Of a DNA stretch of 64,000 nt, positions 1 through 11,013 are shown piece by piece (position 1 is the first letter of the stretch; every line of letters starts with the position of its first letter). Under the pieces are notes generated by a model. The model was given only the letters and a program-made list of their open reading frames with translations. It searched no databases and had not been told where the DNA came from. Location of the stretch: contig CAVVMW010000015.1 of NCBI GenBank assembly GCA_963749495.1, positions 160,001 through 224,000 of the forward strand, read 5' to 3'. Source of the DNA: an uncultured bacterium (lineage in GTDB: Bacteria > Verrucomicrobiota > Verrucomicrobiia > Limisphaerales > UBA8199). The translations under genes and the position numbers were made by a program.

Positions 1-1
1 G

Positions 2-874
2 CGCGAGGGGCGGGCGATGGTCAATGCCGTGAAGCGCAGCGGGCGCATCGTCCAGATCGGCTTTCAGCGCCGCCACTCCGCGGCCTTCCAGGCCGTCCGC
101 CAGCACGTCCAGGCCGGCGAGGCCGGACACATCGTCTGCGCCGACGCCAACATCCACTACGCCGCCGACACCAAAGACCCCACACCCCAGCCCCCGCCCG
201 CCTCGCTGGACTGGGACCTCTGGTGCGGCCCGGGACCGAAGCTCCCCTACAGCCCGCAGGTCGGCCATGTCAACTGGCGCCTCGAGAAGGCCGTCGGCCA
301 GGGCCACCTCGTCGATTGGGGCATCCACCTCATCGATGGGGCCCGGGTCATCCTCGACGAGGCCGCCCCGGTGAGCGTCACTGCCGCCGGCGGCCTCTAC
401 GGTCTGCGGGGCAAGATCACCACGCCCGACGTGCTCAGCGTGCATTTCGATTTCGCCACTTGCCCGCTGACCTGGCGGCACCGCATCTGGGGCGCCGAGG
501 AATACAGCCCGGAGACCGCCAACGGCATCTTCTTTTACGGCGAGAAGCAGACGGTGTTCGTAACCGACGACCGCTGGGAGGTCATCCCGCGCGGCAAGAG
601 CAAGGAACGGCAGGTCCACAAGGCCGACGCCGATGCGGGGTCGCTGCACATGGCCGAATTCCTCAAGGCCGTGCGCGCGCGCCAGCAGCCGGGCTGCCTG
701 GCCGAGGATGCCTATGCCTCGACCCTCGCAGTCAAGCTCGCCATGATCTCCTACGATACCGGCTCCAAGGTGGTCTGGGATGCCCGCCGCGAGCAGATCC
801 TCTCCAACCCCGCCGCCGCCGCCCTCCTCAAACGCGACTACCGCCCCCCGTGGAAACACCCGTACCAGGGATGA
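2..874 (+). CDS. Gfo/Idh/MocA family oxidoreductase, C-terminal part (5' end outside window)
   Basis: Frame is open from base 2. REGRAMV..VQIGFQRR, LDWDLWCGP and GHLVDWGIHLID motifs. Confidence 0.9.
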   Translation, partial: REGRAMVNAVKRSGRIVQIGFQRRHSAAFQAVRQHVQAGEAGHIVCADANIHYAADTKDPTPQPPPASLDWDLWCGPGPKLPYSPQVGHVNWRLEKAVGQGHLVDWGIHLIDGARVILDEAAPVSVTAAGGLYGLRGKITTPDVLSVHFDFATCPLTWRHRIWGAEEYSPETANGIFFYGEKQTVFVTDDRWEVIPRGKSKERQVHKADADAGSLHMAEFLKAVRARQQPGCLAEDAYASTLAVKLAMISYDTGSKVVWDARREQILSNPAAAALLKRDYRPPWKHPYQG

Positions 875-884
875 TCCCATTGCC

Positions 885-912
885 AATGACGAATGACGAA
901 TGACGAATGACT
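885..912 (+). repeat. Heptamer tandem repeat (AATGACG)x4, last copy imperfect
   Basis: aatgacg aatgacg aatgacg aatgact directly after the stop codon of the oxidoreductase. Confidence 0.85.
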
Positions 913-1316
913 GATCCCCACCGGTACGCGCTCGACGCCCGATCTCGGGGCCTCGAAGAGCGGATCAAAAACCGCGTTGTTTGCCGATTGCAGCAGGACC
1001 ACAACGATCAACGCCACCACCGAACCCGTGAGTACCCGGCCCGCAAACCCAAGGGTCACGGGCCGGCGGGTCCTCCAAAACCAGAATGCCCAAGCTCGTG
1101 GACAAAGAACGAACCCGCAATGGCGCAGATGAAGAGGGCCCAGAGCACTCGCCAAGATCTGCTACCCTCTCCTGATTGGGAGGCCGACGGGGATGTTCTG
1201 GGCCTATTGCCGGGACCAGCGCCCTCAGCCGCCCCATCCTTTGGCTCGGCGCTCACGTCCACTGCATCAGACCCCTGACTCAATTCAACGGGTTCGCTCA
1301 TCTTCTTTACAGACAC
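912..1316 (-). pseudogene. Internally deleted membrane protein remnant with HExxH motif (M50-like metalloprotease)
   Basis: TM segment then FVHELGH in one frame; at ~1090 it switches to a second hydrophobic segment (AFWFWRTRR..GSVVALIVVVLLQ) in another frame. Confidence 0.45.
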
Positions 1317-1399
1317 GAAGGCACCCGCCGTTGTTTCACAAATTCAACCGGCGAGAGCAATCCTCCCAGGAAAGGGGGGCCAGCCCAAGCCATGGCTGA

Positions 1400-1497
1400 A
1401 CCCTTTTCTGATTGAACCCCAGCCTCTCCGCCACAACCGCCGCCCAAAGCCGGGAGAATGCGCCATCACGTTTGAGCAGCGGATTCGACGTTTCCAT
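1400..1497 (-). pseudogene. Chimeric remnant: YccA/Bax-inhibitor-like N-terminus fused to a fragment of an unrelated hypothetical protein
   Basis: Translates as METSNPLLKRDGAFSR|LWAAVVAERLGF; each half resembles a different family (recognised from memory). Confidence 0.35.
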
Positions 1498-1634
1498 GAT
1501 TTCACTATGCGCGAAGAGGGAAGATTTGCCAATTCAATCGCAACGGTCTTCCTGGGCGCCCCGCGTTCTCGGGCGCATCTGGGCTTTGTCGGCCTTCCGC
1601 AAGCCGGGCAATTGGAGGGTGGCGCCGGGAAGCC

Positions 1635-1734
1635 CGCGAGGTTTTGGACTGCGCCAGTCCTCTGGCGCTTTACCGTCCCCAGGTTCCGAAAAGGGGTCCC
1701 GATCCATCGGGACCGCAGTCCAAAACGCTTCGCG
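1635..1734. repeat. REP-like paired palindrome
   Basis: 13-bp perfect inverted repeat GTTTTGGACTGCG (1641-1653) / CGCAGTCCAAAAC (1714-1726) with internal hairpins; related element at 50064-50162. Confidence 0.8.
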
Positions 1735-1948
1735 GCTTCGGACGCGCGCTCCAATCGCCCGGTTCGGCCGGGCTCGACAAAGATGAGATGCCTCCCGCGT
1801 TCTCTCTTGCAGTGGCCCGGGTGACGATGTGCTCAGCATAAGGGAGATGAACTGCCAAGCCCATGCGGAGTGACCATCGGAGTTATCGACACCCGACAAT
1901 CTCCCCCGTGGACCAGCAAATCAACCGGACGAACCCCACCTTCAACCT

Positions 1949-2203
1949 ATGCCCTCGACCATTCAGTTCCCGGAAATCCCAATCGGCCAGCATTTCGAAT
2001 TCCGTGGGCGCCGTTACCAGAAACTCACCCTCGGCATGGCCAGTGATGAAGACCGGAACGGCACCAGCTTTCATGCTCAAACCGAAGTTCTGCCTGCCCC
2101 TTTTGCTCTCCAGGCGTCGTCTCCGGAGGTCGCTCGTTTCCCCCAAGCCCACAAACCACAAACGACGCATTATCTGTCGTGGGGGTCCCAAATCCTCGCC
2201 TAA
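1949..2203 (+). CDS. Small hypothetical protein
   Basis: 84-aa ORF with a globular-looking N-terminus (IPIGQHFEFRGRRYQKL). Confidence 0.5.
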   Translation: MPSTIQFPEIPIGQHFEFRGRRYQKLTLGMASDEDRNGTSFHAQTEVLPAPFALQASSPEVARFPQAHKPQTTHYLSWGSQILA

Positions 2204-2266
2204 CGACCTTCCAATGCGAAGAAGATCAGGAGTATCAAGCTCGTGCCAACCGAGCAAAGATAGAGG

Positions 2267-2330
2267 ACCGCGGAACACGCGGAATACGCGGAAAGCCTTT
2301 TTTTTCCGCGTATTCCGCGTATTCCGCGGT
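2267..2330. repeat. Inverted 9-mer tandem array forming a hairpin
   Basis: ACCGCGGAACACGCGGAATACGCGGAAA ... TTTCCGCGTATTCCGCGTATTCCGCGGT. Confidence 0.85.
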
Positions 2331-2375
2331 TTCATGTGCGCCTGAAAGCGCGCTCGGACAGCAGGGTGAAAGTCC

Positions 2376-2550
2376 CTGAGCTGGCCGACACTGTATCCAG
2401 GTCAGTCGGCTTCTTCTCCCCATCCGCTGCGCTGTCGAAAGCCAGGTAAAAGGCCTCGACAGACGCATTCTCGCTTTCACTCCCGGTCAACCCTTCAGTG
2501 GCCTTGGCGAGTTGGACCACGTCGAAGTCCTGTGCATCTCGACCACGATT
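2376..2550 (-). pseudogene. C-terminal fragment of a Ycf46-like AAA ATPase
   Basis: RGRDAQDFDVVQLAKATEGLTGSESENASVEAFYLAFD resembles the AAA lid (LA..TEG.TGSEIE); no Walker motifs upstream. Confidence 0.55.
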
Positions 2551-2604
2551 GGCGCAGACTTTGCGGCTTGACTCAAAGGCCCGCTCCTCGCACCATCCGG
2601 CGTC

Positions 2605-3217
2605 ATGAGCAAAACCGCCGGCGTGTTCCAATACTTCTATCACTGCCGTGGAGAGAAGCTGCCCATCCGGGACGTTCTCGACACACAACATCAAGGGCCG
2701 AAGACTGAGCCCCATTATGAGAATCTGACCGAGAACTGGTGCACGAGCTGCGCCCGGTCCAGAATCCGCTCGGCAAACAAGCATGCCGTCGAGTTTCTTT
2801 TTTCTGATGACGCGGTATTTCAAGCCTGGCTCAAAGATGGACGGCGAGCGTATTGTTGTTGGATTTCTGCACCGAGCAAGGCCGGAGATCTGGGAGCGCC
2901 TCAACCATACATTACGACCTGGCGCTCGAAAGTATGATCGAAGAAAGCCGGCCCGCTGCGACTTCTTCGCCGGAGATGGCTTATCCCACTTCGTGACTGC
3001 GGAACACGGCTGCCGATTACAGGTCGCCAACTGTCGGTGGACGTGGAAATGTCCTGAGCAGCAGGCCAAGAACATCGTTGCTCGTCTTCGGAAGCACCCA
3101 AACATTCTCCCTCAATTGCAAAGGAGAGTGGAGCAGTTGAAGATCCAGGCTGGTTTGGGAGCCAAAGCAGATTCAACGAGAACGGCGAAGCCCTATGAAG
3201 ACAAATGCAATGCCTGA
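2605..3217 (+). CDS. Hypothetical protein, partner of Nmad3 (Nmad2/PUA-like?); +1 frameshift in T-run at ~2798-2803
   Basis: ORFs 2605-2937 and 2783-3217 join as ..HAVEFLFLMTRYFKPG.. when one T is removed; stop overlaps the next start. Confidence 0.7.
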
Positions 3218-3959
3218 CCAACCACGAGTTGTCCTCTTAAGAGTTGGCGTGGATAGCGGAGAAGGCGGTATTCAGGGACCATTACTTGAAAATGGAGCGT
3301 TCGATTTTGTTCCAATACCTGACACGTGGAATCGGCACAACATCGTCCTTTATGGGAACACTCAGGGCCGCCACGGCCGCAATCTGTGCGAGTATTGGCC
3401 AGGCAAGCGGAAAGAGTCTTATCGCACCCATCCGATCCATTTCGATCCTGAGTTCAAGACGTTCACCTACGGAGACCCAACTCGCCCCAAGCAATCTCTT
3501 CGTTTTCTCCGAAGAGGCGATCTGCTCGTCTTTTACGCAGGGCTCCAACCGTGGTCACCGAAACGCGGATTTTACGGCGATCCACAGCTTTACATCATTG
3601 GCTACTTCGTGGTGAAGTATGCGGGACGCATCGGGGACATCTTCGCAATTCACACGCGGAGGAGCGTTGAAGCCGATTTCAGGAACTGCCACCATGTCGC
3701 CTTGGATAGCAACTACAGAAAGCGTGAGAGACTGATCTTGGTCAAAGGCGCACGCGAAAGCAGGCTCCTTGGAAAAGCGACTTTGCTGTCGGAGTATTCA
3801 AAGGACAGAAATGGGAAACGTATAAAGGTGCTTCGGGGGGTTCTGAAGCACCGTTTTGGAAAGCTGTCAGCAAGAAACTACCTGCAACGGAGCCCTCCCC
3901 GATGGGTCCCTGATGCGTTCTGCAGAAAAGCTTACTCGTTCGTGACGGGCCTGAAATGA
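3210..3959 (+). CDS. Nmad3 family putative nucleotide-modification-associated protein
   Basis: LRVGVDSGEGGIQGPLLENGAFDFVPIPD, HFDPEFKTFTYGD and GDLLVFYAGL motifs. Confidence 0.8.
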   Translation: MPDQPRVVLLRVGVDSGEGGIQGPLLENGAFDFVPIPDTWNRHNIVLYGNTQGRHGRNLCEYWPGKRKESYRTHPIHFDPEFKTFTYGDPTRPKQSLRFLRRGDLLVFYAGLQPWSPKRGFYGDPQLYIIGYFVVKYAGRIGDIFAIHTRRSVEADFRNCHHVALDSNYRKRERLILVKGARESRLLGKATLLSEYSKDRNGKRIKVLRGVLKHRFGKLSARNYLQRSPPRWVPDAFCRKAYSFVTGLK

Positions 3960-4030
3960 TGTCGTCCGGGCGTCAGCCACACTCGGAGATTGGAATCCCG
4001 GCTCAAATGTAAGCGAGAGAATTCCTCGGC

Positions 4031-4096
4031 ACCCAACCTCCCCTCCACCTTCTCCAGCATTTCCTTCCTAAACTCCTCGCCGCCCAAACACCGCCC
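4031..4096 (-). mobile_element. Internal fragment of a REP-associated tyrosine transposase (RAYT-like)
   Basis: GRCLGGEEFRKEMLEKVEGRLG resembles the GWCLG.EEFR segment of MARKLR-type Y1 transposases. Confidence 0.5.
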
Positions 4097-4156
4097 TGGC
4101 CCTGCTTGGCTGCGCCGTCGCCTGGGGCCGTTGTCCCGCCCCCCACAGGGTTTTGG

Positions 4157-6680
4157 CTAAGGGGCGGACGTGAAGAGGGCGCGATGGATGGGGGTGGGAT
4201 AGGGGACATCCGGGCCCTTTGCGGCGGCCCACAAGATCCGGTTCAAGGCGTCTTCGGGGGCGAGGTCGTAGGCACGGAAGTTCATGCGGGCGGACTGCTT
4301 GGCCCCTGGAGAGCTGGCGGTGTTCTTGGCCATGAGGTCCACACGGGGAGTCAGGGGTGTGAAAGGCATGAGCACAGCGGTCTTGGCGAAGCAGTTGAAC
4401 ATCGGGGTGGCGCCGGCATCGGTACTGAGTGAGGGGCGGCAGGCCGAGGATCAGTTCGATGGTGCGAACCATGCTGGCGGTGGTGTAGAGGGTGCTGTCG
4501 ACGGCGCCGCGCTTGCAGTAGGGGCTGATGACCAGGCCGGCCGTGCGGTGGGCGTCCACATGGTCGGGCCCATTTTGGGCGTCGTCCTCGATGACGAAGA
4601 TGGCCATCTCTTTCCAGAAACGGCTATGGGTGGCGGCCTCGACGATGCGGCCCAGGCCGATGTCATTGCTGGCGACGCAGGCATCGGGGGTGAAAGCGCC
4701 GGGCCGGGTGCCTTGGGTGTGGTTTTCTCCCAGCGACATGATGGTGAATTGAGGCGGGACACCGCCGGTCTGTTCGGCCTTTCGGAGATCTTCGATCCAG
4801 AACCTGACGCGGTCCATGTCACGGCTTCCGCTCCAACGCCCGCGATTGGCGGAGGGCACACGCATGGCGGCTTCTCCATAATTCATGGAGCTCACGCCGT
4901 GGCGTTTGCACAGATCCCAAAGGTATCCGGCGGCAGGCGTCTCCATTTCGTAGTTGCCGGGGATTTTGCCGTGACCCGAGTAGGAGAGGATCCAGGAGCG
5001 TTGGTTGTAATCGGTGGCGATGGCGGCGTCGCACCAGCTATGGCCGTCCACGCTGACCTCGCCGTTGCAGTAAAGGTTGTCCAGCAGGACGTAATCGCGC
5101 GCGATTTGGTGCTGGTTGGGGGTCACGTTCTCGCCGTAGATCGCCAGGTCCGGGTCGCCATTGCCGGCAGGCTGGCCTTTGGCGTCGCGAAAGTCGCCGA
5201 AAACCTGGTCGTAAGTGCGGTTTTCCTTGATGATGTAGAGGACGTATTTGATGGGGCAGGGATTGCCGACTTTGTCCGGGATGACGGAATCGCTTTGGAT
5301 GGGTGCGCGATGGAATTGGCCCGGCGTGTAAGGCGAGTTGAGCCGCACCTGCTCCGTGTAAGCGGCCATCGCGGCCGCCTCGGGACGGTGGATGAAGGAG
5401 ACGGCCCCGGCGAAGGTGCGGCCGATGTAGTCGAACGGCGGTGGTTTGTGCAGCTTCGTAGCGTTCGGAGTGATGGGCGGAACGTTGGCCCGGGAGGCCA
5501 GGCCCTTGCCGTTGGCGACAAACAATGTCTTGTTGTCGGGGCTCACCGCGACCGCAGTAGGATACCAGCCGACTGGGATGAAGCCTTCCACGACCGAGAC
5601 CGATTCGCCGTTGCGGGCGGTCTCCTCGGAGATGGAGTTCGAGATGTCCACGACCATCACGCAGTTGTTGTCCGCGTTGGCGACGAAGAGGGTGCGTCCA
5701 TCCGGGGAGACCGCGACGCCATCGGGCGTGCTGCCTTCGGGGGAGTCCGGGTAGAGGGAAGTGGAGATGATCTCGCGGGTGCGCTCGGGCAGACGCCGGC
5801 TGGGGCTGGCGCCCGGTTCTGCGGGTTGCAGGCGGCGCGTCTGGATGACATGGACCGTGTTGTCGCCGCCGCAGGCTACGAAGAGCCGGCCATCCGGGGC
5901 GAGCGCCATATCCGTGGGCCGCAGCCCGACGGTGATTTCCCCGACTCGACCCCCTTTTTCTGTATCCACTACGCTCACGGTGCGGCTGCCCCAGTCGCTG
6001 ACGTACAAATGCCGATGGTCCGCGCCGAAGACGCAGGTGTGAGGGTGCAGGCCCACCGGGATGGTCGTTTGCAGCGCCAGGGTGCCCGGGTCGAGCACCC
6101 AGATCTCGTGGTTGCCTTCGTTGCAGGCATAGAGTTTTCCCGTGTCAGGATTAACGGCCAGTCCAGCCAGGAAGACCTCCTTCCCGGAGGAGGAGGAGGA
6201 GGGCGCCACGGAGCGGTCCAGGCTGGCCTCGCCGTTGGCGTACTTGAAGACATGGAGCTTGCCCGAGTCGCCACCGGAGACAAAAAACTGTTTGCCGTCG
6301 GCACTGAATGCCAAGCCGTTCCAGGTCTCCGTGAGCGGAAGGAACTGGGCTTCCTTGCGATTGGCAATATCGATGAGAGTGACACCGTGCCTAGTAAACC
6401 CGCCATGCACGCCCACAAGCCGCTTCTTGTCGGGCGAAACGACCAGCTTGAGGGCCAGGTCGCTCACCGGCACCTGCTCCCCTGCGGGGGTGACACCCCA
6501 ACCATTGAACAGGAGGTTTTGATTCGGCTTGAGGCCTGACTTAAGGCGAACGCCGGGAGCATTGACGTCTTCAGTCGGCTGGCGGACTGGCTGGACATCA
6601 GCCGCAATCATCCGCGACGCAGCCGCCAGGGCAATGGAGGCAGGCGCCAAGGCCCGCACGATGACTTTCACTCGGTTCAT
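4157..6680 (-). CDS. YncE/YVTN beta-propeller plus phosphoesterase (alkaline phosphatase superfamily); +1 frameshift at ~4421
   Basis: Signal peptide, propeller repeats, YIIKENRTYDQVFGD, EDDAQNGPDHVDAHR; C-terminus continues in ORF 4157-4402 (LTQYDAGATPMFNCF). Confidence 0.9.
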
Positions 6681-6890
6681 AGACGAATATTACATGAATT
6701 CGCCCGGAATATAAAGCCTAAATGTGGTGACAAACGGGTGACGAAACGCTGGCGCCCGAGAGGTTTACGATCCGCACGGAAACCTCGCCCAGCGAATCGG
6801 TCCTTCACTCGGATGACAATGCAACTTTCTTCCATCAACCCGACCCCTGACCAGGTTCTGCAAATCCTCGATCAATGTGGGATTCGGCGC

Positions 6891-6918
6891 TTGACACGCT
6901 TCACTGCGTTGATACAAT
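6891..6918 (+). promoter_or_regulatory. Putative sigma70 promoter
   Basis: TTGACA-N16-TACAAT about 95 bp upstream of the 7014 start. Confidence 0.55.
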
Positions 6919-7013
6919 CCAGCCAATAGGTATCGGACAACGAAGTGCTCTCCACACGCGAGCGGTCAGAGGCCGATTTCTGACAGGGTGAAGACAACGA
7001 CAATGAGGTCTTG

Positions 7014-8084
7014 ATGAAAGCATTATCGATTGCAGTCGTGATCGCAGGGCTTTCCTGTGGAGCCCTCGGCCAGGGATGGTTCGAGTTGGACAACTCGAGG
7101 CTGAACCCTGTTGTCGTCGCCGACGCGCCGGGCGGCCCGTACAATGGGGTCTTTGGCCTGGAAGTCTATGAACTCAACGGTACTAATTCGGACCTCGTGG
7201 ACGCCCTGAATTGGTCAGGAGACTATGACAGCCTCATCCAGAACGGTTTCCATATCGAGGCGACTTACACCAACCAGACCATGAGCCGCGGTCTTTTGCA
7301 GCTCGGCGCATGCCGCCTGCCCGATGTCTCCCCTGCCGGCCGTACCGTTACGGTGGCTCTGGTGCTCTGGGGCAGTAGCGCCAAAAGCTACGGGGCCTTT
7401 CTTGCAGATGCAAACTATCCTGGGCTAACCGGCATCATTGCCTTCACGCAACCAACCACGGATTATACTTCGCCTTCGCAACCCAGCCCGCCGCCGATGG
7501 CTTGGACCAGGGACGAGGACTGGGTTCTCTACTGTATTTGTACCCGGCCGCCGGTGATTGGCAGGCAGCCGCAAGACGCCGCCTCCGTGCCCGGAGGCAC
7601 GGCGGCCTTCGCCGTCCTTGTCGCCAGCCCCTTTCCCCCTAGGCTATTAAACTATTATTGGCTCTTCAATGGCAACAAGCTCCCGGCCACGGCCTACACG
7701 TCCCTGGTGTCCACCAACCCAACCTTCCCCGACTTGATAACCTACTCGCTCATCCTCACCAACGTCCAGTTGACCAATGCCGGCCAGTACTCCTTTGTTG
7801 GCACGAATTTGCTTGGGGATCTGTATGGCAGTGTCGTCAGCTCCAATGCTCTGCTGACTGTCTTGCCGCCACCGAACCTGTCTATCGCGCCCTCGGCCCA
7901 AGGCGTTACCCTTTCCTGGCCGATCTGGGCGACCAATTACGCCCTGCAAGAGACTGACAATTTGGGTGTGCCGATGACAACCTGGTCCAACCTGGCCGTC
8001 AGCCCGGTGCTCGGCACCAACGACATCTGTGTCACTCTGCAATCGGCCGCCAGCCACAAATTCTACCGGCTGCGAACGCGGTAA
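7014..8084 (+). CDS. Secreted Ig-domain protein with C-terminal FYR domain
   Basis: Signal peptide; PPVIGRQPQD..YYWLFNG..LILTNVQLTNAGQYS Ig I-set pattern; ends HKFYRLRTR. Confidence 0.85.
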   Translation: MKALSIAVVIAGLSCGALGQGWFELDNSRLNPVVVADAPGGPYNGVFGLEVYELNGTNSDLVDALNWSGDYDSLIQNGFHIEATYTNQTMSRGLLQLGACRLPDVSPAGRTVTVALVLWGSSAKSYGAFLADANYPGLTGIIAFTQPTTDYTSPSQPSPPPMAWTRDEDWVLYCICTRPPVIGRQPQDAASVPGGTAAFAVLVASPFPPRLLNYYWLFNGNKLPATAYTSLVSTNPTFPDLITYSLILTNVQLTNAGQYSFVGTNLLGDLYGSVVSSNALLTVLPPPNLSIAPSAQGVTLSWPIWATNYALQETDNLGVPMTTWSNLAVSPVLGTNDICVTLQSAASHKFYRLRTR

Positions 8085-8504
8085 CGACCTTTAGAACGGA
8101 CGCTTGGGCCTTGAGAGCATGGATTTGAGCGTTGTTGAGTGGAACCAAGGAGAAGAAGATGCTCGACAAACCGGCCAATTGCCGCAGGCTGGCTTCGAAA
8201 TTGGCATCCGGCTGGCGAATCACGTTCATGTGGGCCGAGGTTAGAGGAAGGCCGGGCCAAAGTCAAAACCGGGTCATGGCAGCCGCGATTGGAGAAGCGA
8301 AAGAGAGTCGCGCAGCCAGGGCTCTGCTCGGGGGTGGTTTGCGGTTGCCCCGAGGGAGCTTCGGAGCCAGAATCCAGGGGTGATCACTCGCTTCAAGCGC
8401 ATGCTGGTTGACTTCATTATTGGGCTGGTAATTTGCTTCGATTCCGAGGCCGCCAAAGCCGGGGGCGAAATAAATAACGGGCCGAATTTGCCGCACGTTG
8501 TTGG

Positions 8505-10854
8505 GTGAACGCTTTCCGAAAAAAAACCCTTTTGCCTCTGCTTGGCCTCGGTCCTGCTTGGGACTGCCTTGTTGCTGCCGCGGCTTGCGCGCACGTTGTT
8601 TTCCGAGGACGATTCCACCCCCTCCGACCGCGGCGTTCAGGAAGTCGCAGCGCGAAAGGCGAAACTCGAAGCCAGGGAGCAGGCGGCTGACAAGAATTAC
8701 TGGGCCAAAGAGATGCTCGCGCAGAGTTGTGGCCGGACTTTTGAAGACCTTTGGGATTCGCTGAACGCCGCCGGCAACAAACTGAGCCTCATAGCGGCAT
8801 TTCCCCTGGGGGAGATTGTCACCGCAAGATGGGGTCCCGCGCAACTTCTGCCTCATGGCATTGAACTGCGCCAGGGGATAGGCCATGGCCCTGCCTTTTC
8901 CGCTGGTCAATGGCGGCAGTGGGTTGAACAGTTGGAGCGCGAGGGCTGGCAACTTGAGAATATCGAGTTTCGCCATAACCGCTTTGACACCGACAAAAAC
9001 AGCCGGCCGTGGCGAAGCCATTTCTTTTTCTCGGCCCACCTCTGCAATCCTGGACATTCTCAACGGGCCAGCCTGGATGGTGACCTGGTGGTGGACTGGG
9101 CGGCCAAGCGGCCGGGCGAAGAATTCCCTCCCGTGAAGCGAATCGATGCCAGCCATCTCGAGCTGAAAACACGGGTCGGGGAGCCGCCTTTTCAACTGAT
9201 CTTGCAGGACACGATCGTTCCGCTCGGCAGGGGCGCGTACATCGATCCGCTGATCCTCTACGACCTCGACGGCGACGGCTTGCCGGAGATCATTCTGGCG
9301 GCCAGGAACCTGGTCTATCGCCGGCACGGCCCAGATCGTTACCAGGCCGAGCCATTGTGCCGTTACCCGCCCGAGTTCATCACCAGCGCCCTGATTGCCG
9401 ACTTCGACGGGGACGGAGTCGCGGATTTCCTGTGTGCCAACTCCCGCGGGCTGTTTCTGTTCAAAGGGAGCGCCGGAGGGCATTTTGACGAGCCCGGCCG
9501 GCTGGTTTGGCCTGCCAACCCGCCCTTGAAAAACGCGATGGTGCTAACCTGCGGCGACATCGACGGGGACGGCTCACTGGACCTCTTTCTGGGCCAATAC
9601 AAAGTCCCCACCCTTGGCCAGGTTCTCCGGCCGTATTACTACGATGCGAATGACGGCTGGCCAGCCTATCTGTTGCGTAACGATGGCCATGGGAGTTTCA
9701 GCGACGTGACCGAGGCTGCCGGGCTGGGTCCGAAACGGTGGCGCCGCACGTACAGCGCTTCCTTGGCCGACCTGCATGGCGATGGCCACGCGGACCTGGT
9801 GGTTGTGAGTGACTTTGCCGGCCTTGATCTCTACCAAAATGACGGTCATGGCCACTTCACCGACGTGACCCGCCAGTGGGTCGCCGAGCCGCACGCTTTC
9901 GGGATGGCGCATGCCCTGGCGGATTTCAATGGGGATGGCAGGCTGGACCTGCTCATGATCGGGATGCCCTCGCCCACCGTGGACCGATTGGAACACCTGG
10001 ATTTGTGGCGGCCCTACTCCGCCGAGGATCGGCTGCGGCGGCCAGCGATGGCGTTCGGGAACCGGCTCTATCTGGCGCGGCCCGGGGGCGGGTTCGAGCA
10101 AACGGCCCTAAACGATTCTATCGCCCGCTCCGGCTGGTCCTGGGGGTGCAGCGCATTTGATTTCGACAACGACGGTTTTCCAGATGTCTATATCGCCAAT
10201 GGCCTCGAGAGCAAGCAGTCGGTCCGAGACTACGAGCCGATGTTCTGGCTGCACGATATTTTTGTCGATGAAACCACCGATGCCACGGCCGCAAGCGGTT
10301 ACTTCATGGACCAATTCAGCCGCACCCGAGGCCAGGGCTGGTCCTACGGCGGTTATGAAAAGAATCGGCTGTTCCTGAACCAGCGTGGCGAATCGTTTGT
10401 CGAGATTGGCCACCTGGCAGGCGTGGCCCTCGAACAGGATTGCCGCAACGTGGTGGCGGACGATCTCGACGGTGACGGCCGGGTGGACCTGGTCGTCACC
10501 ACCCTGGAGGCATGGCCGGAAGCCAAGCAGACCCTGCGGATCTATAAAAACACATTGAATGACGGCGGCCACTGGATCGGGTTCCGGTTCCGTGAAGAGG
10601 GCAAGGGAAAATCACCGGTCGGCGCACGTGTGACGATTCATTACCCGGGTCGCAGCGCGACTGCGCAGATTGTGACGGGAGATTCCCACCGGTCGCAACA
10701 TTCCAATGCCATCCATTTCGGGCTAGGCGCCGCGGACCGGGTGGATCGAGCGGAAATTGCGTGGGCAAACGGCTCAAGGGTTACCCTGCGGGCGCCCGCC
10801 GTGGATGAGTACCATCTGATTCGCGCCCCAGCCGGGAGTCCGGATCTGAAATGA
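8505..10854 (+). CDS. CRTAC1/ASPIC-UnbV family FG-GAP repeat protein; probable +1 frameshift in A8 run at 8519-8526
   Basis: Many D(F/L)DGDG..DL repeats and C-terminal GARVTI..SQHSNAIHFGLG; removing one A gives MNAFRKKPFCLCLASVLL. Confidence 0.9.
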
Positions 10855-10896
10855 TGGAGCCCACTGAGGAGGCCGCGGGAAACGCTACACTGGGAA

Positions 10897-10947
10897 CCCC
10901 TCTCCCCCTGCCCTCTTCCCGCTCGTTCCTCGCGGGGCGAGGGAGAA
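10897..10947. repeat. Half copy of the CCCCTC..CCCTCT..GAGGGAGA hairpin repeat
   Basis: Similar to the arms of the 14596-14741 element; lies between convergent genes. Confidence 0.55.
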
Positions 10948-11013
10948 GACGCCGGCGCCTGCGTTTTTGGAAGAGTTCGATTTGTAGTCCATGTTGCGGA
11001 CTCCTCAGCAGGT

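Noticed and set aside
2332..3105. 257-aa minus-strand ORF
   Set aside because: Mostly antisense to the Nmad3 partner gene; only the last ~60 aa look protein-like (AAA stub).
4284..6539. 751-aa plus-strand ORF (similar long antisense ORFs at 25392-27197, 8263-9483, 46156-47406, 58216-59577)
   Set aside because: Antisense shadows of real genes in GC-rich DNA; no recognisable motifs.
6819..6929. Short ORF with GIRRLTRFT resembling the DarT N-terminus
   Set aside because: Only 36 aa, lacks the HFT histidine, and coincides with a TTGACA/TACAAT promoter that explains the sequence.
8032..8229. 65-aa minus-strand ORF, possible gene remnant
   Set aside because: No family recognised, and it overlaps the end of the upstream gene.
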